NCBI GenBank assembly: GCA_016929395.1
Contig: JAFGIX010000052.1
Span: forward strand, 7,151 to 71,150
Reading direction: 5' to 3'
Source: Candidatus Zymogenus saltonus
GTDB taxonomy: Bacteria > Desulfobacterota > Zymogenia > Zymogenales > Zymogenaceae
Length of the DNA: 64,000 bases
Part shown: piece by piece, positions 9,492-17,085 of the stretch
Layout: each line of letters begins with the position of its first letter
Position numbering within the stretch: the stretch's first letter is position 1
Position numbers and translations under genes: made by a program
The notes under the pieces: model-generated
Told to the model about the DNA's origin: nothing
What the model saw: the letters and a program-made list of their open reading frames with translations, nothing else
The model's database searches: none

Positions 9492-10289
9492 TCACCTCCC
9501 CTTGAACTTCGCCGGCCTCCTCTCGAAAAAGGCGGCGGCCCCCTCCCTCAAATCCTCGCTGTTCAGGGAATCCGTTATCATCTTTTCGATCTCCGGGTAG
9601 TCCTCCTCGGAGATTCCCTGGTGGGAAAGGAGCCTGTTGAATATATGCTTGTGCCCCTTGAGGGCCAGGGGGGCGTTCGATGCAATCTCCCTTGCCATCT
9701 CGTAGGTGAAGGCGCCAAGCTCCTCCCTCTTAACCAGATAGCTCACCATACCCATCTCCAACGCCCGCTCCACCTCGTAAAACCTACCGGTGAAGAAGAG
9801 CTCCTTGGCGTTTGCCAGCCCCACTACGTTGATGAATCTCTGTATCCCTCTGGGATGATAGACGAGGCCCAGCCTCGACGGGGGAATGCCCATCCTCGAC
9901 CCGACGGAGGCTATCCTGATGTCACACGTCACGGCCAGCTCGCACCCCGCCCCGAAGGCGTATCCGTCTATCATCGCAATGGTCGGATACCGAAAGTTCT
10001 CCACCGCATCGAGGCCTATCTCGAGGGGGCTCCTCTTCGCCAGCTCCTTCTTCTGCTCTTCCGAGAGCCCAGTAGGTATTTCGGCGATATCGTAGCCGGA
10101 GGAGAATGACCCCTCCCCCGCTCCCCTGAAAACCACGGTCCTCACCTCATCGTCCTTGGAAAGCTCCCCCAGATGCTCCGCAATCAAAAGCAGCATCTCG
10201 GGATTCAATGAATTTTTCCTCTCGGGGCGATTGAGAATTACGGTGGCCACAAACCCCTCCCTCTCTATGAGAATGGAATCGTTCGACAT
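9492..10289 (-). CDS. enoyl-CoA hydratase/isomerase family protein
   Basis: LNRPERKNSL, FSSGYDI, IDGYAFGAGCELAVTCDIRIA and C-terminal FFERRPAKFKGR. Confidence 0.9.
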   Translation of the reverse strand: MSNDSILIEREGFVATVILNRPERKNSLNPEMLLLIAEHLGELSKDDEVRTVVFRGAGEGSFSSGYDIAEIPTGLSEEQKKELAKRSPLEIGLDAVENFRYPTIAMIDGYAFGAGCELAVTCDIRIASVGSRMGIPPSRLGLVYHPRGIQRFINVVGLANAKELFFTGRFYEVERALEMGMVSYLVKREELGAFTYEMAREIASNAPLALKGHKHIFNRLLSHQGISEEDYPEIEKMITDSLNSEDLREGAAAFFERRPAKFKGR

Positions 10290-10493
10290 CTTCGGTCTCC
10301 TGACAAGAAAATATTAAAACTCGGCGTCCAAACCTCAGCGATTGAAGACGATCTCAAACAGCCGTCATTCAAAACCAATATCACCAAAGACACAGAGGTG
10401 TCAACGGAATTTGTAAGAAACTTCTCACCTTCGCCCAGGGCGGCAAAAGAAAAAGGGGTGGAAATTAAATACTACCTTCGCTATAATGATAAC

Positions 10494-11246
10494 ATGATGA
10501 ACTTAAAATCAAAAAACCTACTTTTAATCACTCTCCTAATCTCCCTGACGCTCCTCCTGCCCCGATGCGCCCACGTCCCCCTGTACGACATCACGTCCTC
10601 CGTAGACCTCAAGAGCGGCGACCGCCTCTTCATCACGAGACTGAAGCACGGAACCTACAGGGCGAAGATAGTGACGGCCGAAGAGATCGTAGGGGAGAAG
10701 TTCGCCCGGACAAGGGAGATCCTCAAGGCCACAAAGGCCGACATCTGCCTCAACGGGAGCTTCTTCGAGCTGGACGGCTCCCCCAGCGGCCTCTTGATAA
10801 CAAACCGCGAGGAGAAAAACCCCTTCGTCCCCGGGGTGGGGGACGGCGTCCTCTTCACAGACAAAGACGGGGAGCTTCACCTTGTGTCCATAGAGGACTT
10901 TCTGAAATACGAAAACGACGACTTCGTGGACGCCGTTCAGCTAAACCTGCTGAGCGTAGACGACAACCTCCTCTACCGGTGGTGGCGGTGGTACGCCAAG
11001 GAGGTCCCCAGAAACCTCATCGGGATAAACGAGCGGGAGGTCGTTGACGTGATCTTCAAAAACACCAACCTGGTTTTGGGCGACGAATACATGAGGCACG
11101 TTCATAAATGCCGCGTCGTGGGGGCGCTGGACGGCGGCGGGAGCGCGTCCGCCGTCGACAGGCTCGGCAGGGGCAGCAGCGACGACGAAAGCTACGAGCG
11201 GCGCGAGGCCCGCGTCCCCATATTCATATTGATATACCTGAAGTGA
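10494..11246 (+). CDS. putative lipoprotein with a phosphodiester glycosidase (NAGPA-like) domain
   Basis: Hydrophobic signal ending in Cys; LNGSFF, PRNLIG and LDGGGSAS motifs; start uncertain. Confidence 0.65.
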   Translation: MMNLKSKNLLLITLLISLTLLLPRCAHVPLYDITSSVDLKSGDRLFITRLKHGTYRAKIVTAEEIVGEKFARTREILKATKADICLNGSFFELDGSPSGLLITNREEKNPFVPGVGDGVLFTDKDGELHLVSIEDFLKYENDDFVDAVQLNLLSVDDNLLYRWWRWYAKEVPRNLIGINEREVVDVIFKNTNLVLGDEYMRHVHKCRVVGALDGGGSASAVDRLGRGSSDDESYERREARVPIFILIYLK

Positions 11247-11294
11247 ATCGACACATCCCTCCCCTCACACCCCCAAAAAGACCAAATTTTTTTC

Positions 11295-11324
11295 TTGACA
11301 TGTCCCACCCTCACCCCATATAAT
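11295..11324 (+). promoter_or_regulatory. sigma70 promoter upstream of lexA
   Basis: TTGACA-N18-TATAAT with both boxes at consensus. Confidence 0.7.
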
Positions 11325-11522
11325 GTTACCCAACACCAGTTGGTCTATTTGACAAAACGCTATTGAGCCAATTTTAGTCCCTCAAGCTGAGGGTGTAGTG
11401 GAAAGATGGGAGTGGTGGCAAAACGGGGTTGGGGCCTTTTGGGGGTGGCAGAACGCTATTGGGGCACTTTCCGTCCCACTGAGCTTCCAATCAAAGAATT
11501 ACCATTGAAGGAGAATTTCCCT

Positions 11523-12254
11523 ATGACAGGCTCTTCGACAAAAAACAACCCCAAGGGGGCCGGGAGGCTCACCGACCGGCAGAGAGAGGCCCTTGACATC
11601 ATCCGCACCTTCATCGACAAGGAGGGCTACCCCCCCACCGTCAGGGAGCTGGCCGACACCATGGGGATATCGGGGCCGAAGGGGGCAAAAGAATACATGG
11701 ACATCCTCGAGCGAAAGGGCTACATCGAAAGGGTCCACCAGAGCCCGAGGGCGCTCAAGATCGTAGACCTAAAGCCCGGAGATACGGGCGCCGCCAGCGA
11801 GGGAGTAGAAATCGAGGGGGCAACGAGGCCGCCCCTGTGGCTCAGAGACATCCCTGTCATCGGGCGGGTGGCGGCGGGAGAGCCGATCACCGCCGTAGAG
11901 AACATCGAGGGATACTTCTCCCCCGACAACAGAAAGGACGACCTCTTCATGCTCAGGGTCAGGGGGGAGAGCATGATAGACGTCCACATCGCCCCGGGAG
12001 ACATGGTCCTGGTAAGGCCGCAGCAGCACGCCGAGAGCGGAGACATCGTGGTCGCCCTCCTTAACGGCGAGGCCACCGTAAAGCGCTACAAGATGGGGTC
12101 GGGGCGGGGGCCGGAGGGCGCCGGCGCGATGCTCTTTCCCGAAAACAGGGACATGAAGCCTATCGTCGTCGAGGGGGAGGACGACTTCTCCATCGTGGGG
12201 AAGGTCGTCGGCGTGGTGAGGGACATGGAGGGGGACCTTGTGGTCCCGGAATAG
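11523..12254 (+). CDS. lexA: SOS repressor LexA
   Basis: LTDRQ..GYPPTVRELA HTH, VAAG cleavage site, GESM (Ser) and ATVK (Lys); AAGGAG RBS before 11523. Confidence 0.95.
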   Translation: MTGSSTKNNPKGAGRLTDRQREALDIIRTFIDKEGYPPTVRELADTMGISGPKGAKEYMDILERKGYIERVHQSPRALKIVDLKPGDTGAASEGVEIEGATRPPLWLRDIPVIGRVAAGEPITAVENIEGYFSPDNRKDDLFMLRVRGESMIDVHIAPGDMVLVRPQQHAESGDIVVALLNGEATVKRYKMGSGRGPEGAGAMLFPENRDMKPIVVEGEDDFSIVGKVVGVVRDMEGDLVVPE

Positions 12255-12326
12255 TGGAATTTCAAAAGAGAGGATGCGGGGCGATGGCCGAACCCAAAAG
12301 CACCGGCCGAGGCCCCAAAAAGATAG

Positions 12327-12578
12327 ATGGTCGTCACGATCGAGGAACAGATAAAGGTGGCCGCCGTCTTCGGCGGGGGAAAGGTGCTGCCGAGGTGGTT
12401 CGTGTGGCGCGGAAAAAAATACACGATAGCCGAGATCACCTACACATGGAAAGACAAGGAGGGAAAAGAAACCCGCCACCACTACGCCGTCACCGACGGC
12501 ATAAACCTCTACGAGCTCTGCTACATGGAGCACGACATGAGCTGGTACCTGGCGTCGGTGGAGATCGAGGGGAGATGA
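12327..12578 (+). CDS. small beta-rich protein resembling the ImuB C-terminal / DUF6504 domain
   Basis: P.WF.WRG..Y.I......W, HHYAV and LYEL.Y......W.L pattern; directly after lexA with flank-like GC content. Confidence 0.7.
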   Translation: MVVTIEEQIKVAAVFGGGKVLPRWFVWRGKKYTIAEITYTWKDKEGKETRHHYAVTDGINLYELCYMEHDMSWYLASVEIEGR

Positions 12579-12601
12579 GGGGGAATAATCGGATTTATAT
12601 C

Positions 12602-12631
12602 TTGACATGAGGCAACTGGTGATATTAGACT
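12602..12631 (+). promoter_or_regulatory. sigma70 promoter of the methyltransferase
   Basis: TTGACA-N18-TAGACT; a CTAAG site (12630-12634) overlaps the -10 box. Confidence 0.6.
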
Positions 12632-12677
12632 AAGTTTAAGAAAAAGTTGCTTTATAAGATGTCCAGAGGACTCAATT

Positions 12678-13841
12678 ATGAAAAATCAATACAAAAAGAT
12701 TGAGTTGGAACTTAGAAGGGAACTCAATGGAAAGGAATTAAGTATATTGAAAGACCTTTCCGTTCGAATCCCCGAAGAGGATTTTTTTATAGAGCAAGCA
12801 AATGGCAATATAGTTTTAAACCTGAGAGCGCTGGACTTAAATAGTTTTGAGAGCATGGTTAAGGAATTGTCAACAAGATACCATTTGCAGGAAGATGACA
12901 ATCCGTTCCTTAAGATACGAGACAAGATACTGGCCATTGGAAGCTATGGTATTAAGGGTAAGAAGAGACTTTTTGTAGGTTATAACAAAGAAAGGAAAGT
13001 AAAGGACAGGACAAAAAAGGGAGAAGAAAGAGGCTTACATTACTATGCGATGGACGGAAATTTTAAAAAAAGGAATAATGAATTACCCGATGAATATGTA
13101 AATAGAATCATATGCGATGACAGTGAGGAGTTCCTTAAGCAGCTTCCAGAAAACAGTATCGATTTAGTATTTACCTCACCGCCGTACAATTTCGGCCTCG
13201 ATTACGACTCTGATGAGTCTGAAGATGGAGTGGACTGGCAAAAGTACTTTGATAAGCTTTTTGCGGTTTTTGATGAATGTATAAGGGTTCTAAAATATGG
13301 TGGCAGGATTATTGTGAACATCCAGCCACTTTTTTCCGATTATATTCCAAGTCATCATGTAATAAGTAACTTCTTTATGCAGAAAAAGCTAATCTGGAAA
13401 GGCGAAATCCTTTGGGAGAAAAACAACTACAATTGCAAGTACACCGCCTGGGGCAGCTGGAAAAGTCCCAGTAGCCCGTACCTGAAATACACATGGGAAT
13501 TTCTGGAGGTCTTTTGCAAGGGGACCTTAAAGAAGGAAGGTAAAACCGAAAACATAGATATCACAGGAGATGAATTTAAAAAGTGGGTTGTAAGTAAGTG
13601 GTCGATAGCCCCCGAAAGGAACATGAAAAAGTATGATCATCCGGCAATGTTCCCTGAAGAATTGGCAATAAGGGTCTTGAAGCTTTTTAGCTTTAAAAAT
13701 GACATCGTTTTGGATCCCTTTAACGGGGTGGGCACAACAACTGCAGTCGCAAGAAAGTTGCAAAGGCGTTATTTGGGAATAGATATTTCCGAAGAATATT
13801 GTCAAAGGGCGCAAGATAGAATAGGAGAGACGCTATTTTAA
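12678..13841 (+). CDS. beta-class amino (N4-C or N6-A) DNA methyltransferase
   Basis: Motif IV TSPPY precedes HPAMFP and motif I DPFNGVGTT; about 135-aa N-terminal extension; AT-rich. Confidence 0.92.
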   Translation: MKNQYKKIELELRRELNGKELSILKDLSVRIPEEDFFIEQANGNIVLNLRALDLNSFESMVKELSTRYHLQEDDNPFLKIRDKILAIGSYGIKGKKRLFVGYNKERKVKDRTKKGEERGLHYYAMDGNFKKRNNELPDEYVNRIICDDSEEFLKQLPENSIDLVFTSPPYNFGLDYDSDESEDGVDWQKYFDKLFAVFDECIRVLKYGGRIIVNIQPLFSDYIPSHHVISNFFMQKKLIWKGEILWEKNNYNCKYTAWGSWKSPSSPYLKYTWEFLEVFCKGTLKKEGKTENIDITGDEFKKWVVSKWSIAPERNMKKYDHPAMFPEELAIRVLKLFSFKNDIVLDPFNGVGTTTAVARKLQRRYLGIDISEEYCQRAQDRIGETLF

Positions 13842-13842
13842 A

Positions 13843-14562
13843 TCAAACGTGTTTTCGCAGGATTTCTCTTATCGTGAATACCGCCTTATCTAAATTCTCC
13901 TTTTTCAGAGGTTTGTAAAATTCCGGTATATGTATGGGTTTGTCTACTTTTCTTTCACCTTCCAGTAAAGTAATTATGGTGGGGGTTATATCGAAATGTG
14001 ATATTAAAGTATGAGTCGATGGGCTGCCAAAGGTTACATCCTTTAATTTAGAATAGTCGCCCCCCAACTGACTTTCCAGCTGAATTAGAATCAAATCTAT
14101 ATTCGGATATGCTTCTTTTAATAGCGTAAAGTCAACGAGTATTCTCTTTAACATTGCATTTTCTGTGTACGCCTTGCATTCAATAGCGACAACAAATTTT
14201 TTGTCTATGTGTACATGTAAATCTGTTGAAAGGCCATAGTAGTGTCTTTTTATATTGTCTCTGATATACTGTCGTGTCTCTTCATTTTTTATCTTTTCAA
14301 TGTAATCCTTTTTGATGGGGATTTTTACTTTGCGTCTATCCATAAATATTCTTTCGTCGCTACCCCCTAATGTCTCCCACGCCAAAGACACCATTAAACC
14401 AGCGATTGCTTCCACCAGTTTACCCTTCCCCGCTCTTACTATTCCTCCGTAGGCCCTGTCATCAGAATGTTGCGCTTTTTCATCTATCCCTTTTACAACA
14501 ACTTCGTAGGCCTTGATTGCTTTTTCGATATCTTTTTCAATGCTTTTAAGACTTTCGTCCAT
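13843..14562 (-). CDS. type II restriction endonuclease, DdeI-like (predicted C^TNAG)
   Basis: RAYGG.VRA.KGK, YGLS.D.HV.ID.KFV..IECKAYTENAMLKRILVDF, QLESQLGGDYS and TLLEGERKVD match my recollection of R.DdeI (similar length); PD-(D/E)xK core D..ECK. Confidence 0.85.
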   Translation of the reverse strand: MDESLKSIEKDIEKAIKAYEVVVKGIDEKAQHSDDRAYGGIVRAGKGKLVEAIAGLMVSLAWETLGGSDERIFMDRRKVKIPIKKDYIEKIKNEETRQYIRDNIKRHYYGLSTDLHVHIDKKFVVAIECKAYTENAMLKRILVDFTLLKEAYPNIDLILIQLESQLGGDYSKLKDVTFGSPSTHTLISHFDITPTIITLLEGERKVDKPIHIPEFYKPLKKENLDKAVFTIREILRKHV

Positions 14563-14599
14563 TTGCCTTAACCCCTATTTAAAAGGATAGTGGGTTTGA

Positions 14600-14629
14600 A
14601 TTATATATCATATAAATAGATATTGTCAA
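14600..14629 (-). promoter_or_regulatory. sigma70 promoter of the endonuclease gene
   Basis: Minus strand TTGACA-N18-TATAAT, about 40 bp upstream of the ATG. Confidence 0.65.
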
Positions 14630-14682
14630 AAAATATGTAAATGAGATAACAACCATTTTGCAGCAACAAAAGGTAACCCCCC

Positions 14683-15969
14683 ATGCCCATCGACCTTGTA
14701 AAGAGCGCGTTCATAACGCCGAAGCTGAAAGGCCGGAAGATCACGGAGAACAGGTGCGTCCTCCATCTCGACATGGACGCCTTCTTCGCCCAGGTGGAGC
14801 AGGCCACGAACCCGGCCCTCAGGGGGAAGCCGATCGCCGTCGTCGGAAGCAAGAAGCGAACCGTCATCGTCACCTCCTCCTACGAGGCGAGAAAAAACGG
14901 CGTCAAGACCGGCATGACCATGGGCGAGGGGATGCGCGCCTGCCCTGAGTTGATTTTAGTTCCCGGAAACAACAGAAAGTACATCGACACGTCGGTAAAG
15001 ATCATGAAGATACTCAAGGAGTTCAGCCCGATGGTGGAGGTCTTTTCCATAGACGAGGCCTTCGCCGACCTGACGGGGTCTTTACGCCTCTTCGGGGGAA
15101 AGGAGGCGATCGGGAGACTCGTCAAGGAGAGAATAAGGGGGGAGCTAAACCTCACCTGCTCGGTGGGGATCGCCCCGAACAAGCTGATAGCGAAGCTCGC
15201 CAGCGACCTGAGAAAGCCGGACGGCCTGGTGATCGTAAACGACGGAGAAGTCCCGGCGCTCCTTGAAGACCTCCCCATCGAGGAGATCTGCGGCATCGGC
15301 AAAAAGATGGGAAAAAAGCTTCGCACCCTGGGGATCGGGACGATGGGGGAGCTCGGGAGATACCCGGCCCAGGTCCTCAAAAAGAAGTTCGGGATAATAG
15401 GGGAGCGCCTCCACTACATGGGCCTGGGCATAGACGAGAGCCCCGTCGTCCCCCTGGGGGACGAAGACCCGGCAAAGAGCATCGGCCACTCGATGACCTT
15501 TCCTGCTGACGTGGAAGAGCGCGAGGATATGAACCGCTACCTGCTGCTCCTCTCCGAGAAGGTGGGGAGAAGGGCCAGAAAACACGGCTGCTCCGGGCGC
15601 ACCGTCTACCTCTACGTCAGGTTCTCCGACTTTACCGGCACAGGCAAGAGGCAGACCGTCAAGAGCCCCGTAAACCTCGATTTCGATATATACTGCGTGG
15701 CGTCGAAGATCTTGGACACCATAGAGATCGAAAGGCCGGTGCGCCTTCTGGGGGTCAGCATCACCAACCTGGCATACAACGGAAAGCAGTTCCCCCTCTT
15801 CACCGGGGAACGCCGAGAATTTCTTCTGACGGACGCCATGGACAGCGTCAAGGACATCTACGGCGAGGACGCCCTGACCTACGCCACCGTGACGCAAAGG
15901 CAGATCGAGGCGGGGGTCATCTCCCCGGCGTGGCGGCCCCAAGGCCCGAGGCGCGTCGATCCCAAATAG
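14683..15969 (+). CDS. dinB: Y-family DNA polymerase (DinB/Pol IV-like)
   Basis: HLDMDAFFA, SYEAR..GV, FSIDEAF, SVGIAPNKLIAKLASD..KPDG, VRLLGV and clamp motif QFPLF. Confidence 0.93.
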   Translation: MPIDLVKSAFITPKLKGRKITENRCVLHLDMDAFFAQVEQATNPALRGKPIAVVGSKKRTVIVTSSYEARKNGVKTGMTMGEGMRACPELILVPGNNRKYIDTSVKIMKILKEFSPMVEVFSIDEAFADLTGSLRLFGGKEAIGRLVKERIRGELNLTCSVGIAPNKLIAKLASDLRKPDGLVIVNDGEVPALLEDLPIEEICGIGKKMGKKLRTLGIGTMGELGRYPAQVLKKKFGIIGERLHYMGLGIDESPVVPLGDEDPAKSIGHSMTFPADVEEREDMNRYLLLLSEKVGRRARKHGCSGRTVYLYVRFSDFTGTGKRQTVKSPVNLDFDIYCVASKILDTIEIERPVRLLGVSITNLAYNGKQFPLFTGERREFLLTDAMDSVKDIYGEDALTYATVTQRQIEAGVISPAWRPQGPRRVDPK

Positions 15970-16145
15970 CGCGGCTCAATCCGCCCCTCCTTGTAAAAGA
16001 GAGCCGTATCCGGAAGAAGGCGGTTTTTTTCCGGTTTTTGTTGACTGCGGAACAATTATCTAATATATTTTAACCTTAAAGTAATATCGCGAAAATATTA
16101 AATTCCATACACCCATCAAAAAATTATTACTATGGGGCCGCCAAT

Positions 16146-16880
16146 ATGAACTATATGAAGCTTATAAAAGGCGATAAAAGAAGGATTTCGATCCTTGCCG
16201 TAAGCGCCCTTTTTGTCCTTCTCCTCACAACCAACGCCTTCCCGAAGAGTCCCCTCGAGACGGGAAACCAGATCATAGCCGAGAGGGCCGATGAGCTTAT
16301 CAAGGGAGGGGGAAAGGCGGAGACCTACGCATACGGGGCGATAGCCGATAACGATAACAACCGGAATATGTTCCGCATACCCGCCCTCATCTCCGAGCTT
16401 ACGGGTCTTGATTTCGTGCCCCTGGCGATCATCGAACATATAGGGAGCGACATAGTCCTGTACGCCACGGTTGCCGGACTCCCGGACGACCTTAGGGGCA
16501 AGGAAGATGCGGTCAAGATACTGGCGAGGAGGCAGCTCAAACACTTCGAACGGACATATTACGACTCCTACTTCAAAGAGTTGAAGGGGGAAGATCACCT
16601 CACGTTTTCCAACGCCGCGGCAAAAGAGGTCTCCGAGGCCTTCACAGCCGAGTACGGCGACCTGACAGCCTCAGATCCCGAAAGCCTCGGGAGGAAATAC
16701 CCCACGGCCAAAGAGGCGTCGGAGCTGACCGGTATAGATATCTCGGCCCTTTCGAGGATCAGGGCCTTCGGTGGACTGGAGAGCCTCTTGAAGTTTCTGA
16801 GCCTCCTCCCGGAAGACCTGCCCGGCAGGGACAAGGCGATAAAGGTTGTTGCCAAGGAGAAGAGAAAGGCCGGCTTTTAA
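16146..16880 (+). CDS. exported hypothetical protein with two internal repeats of about 55 aa
   Basis: Signal peptide; repeats SELTGLD...LPDDLRGKEDAVKILA and SELTGID...LPEDLPGRDKAIKVVA. Confidence 0.75.
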   Translation: MNYMKLIKGDKRRISILAVSALFVLLLTTNAFPKSPLETGNQIIAERADELIKGGGKAETYAYGAIADNDNNRNMFRIPALISELTGLDFVPLAIIEHIGSDIVLYATVAGLPDDLRGKEDAVKILARRQLKHFERTYYDSYFKELKGEDHLTFSNAAAKEVSEAFTAEYGDLTASDPESLGRKYPTAKEASELTGIDISALSRIRAFGGLESLLKFLSLLPEDLPGRDKAIKVVAKEKRKAGF

Positions 16881-17085
16881 TTTTTGATTTCCCCCCTTGC
16901 CTTGTTCGCAAGTGGTTTAGCTCTATGTTATCTATTGTTAATTCGGTCTCTTTAAATTGGGCTTCCGATATTGAAGTCAGCGGGTCCTCGAAGCTCATCG
17001 GGACCTGGTTTTTATTTGGGCCGGGTTTCTGATTTGTTTTTTTAATGTTCGAACTCAATAGATACTTTAAAATGAGAGACGGTAT

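Noticed and set aside
12254..12610. 118-aa Arg-rich ORF overlapping the small gene after lexA
   Set aside because: Off-frame composition; the 12327-12578 frame has the protein-like pattern
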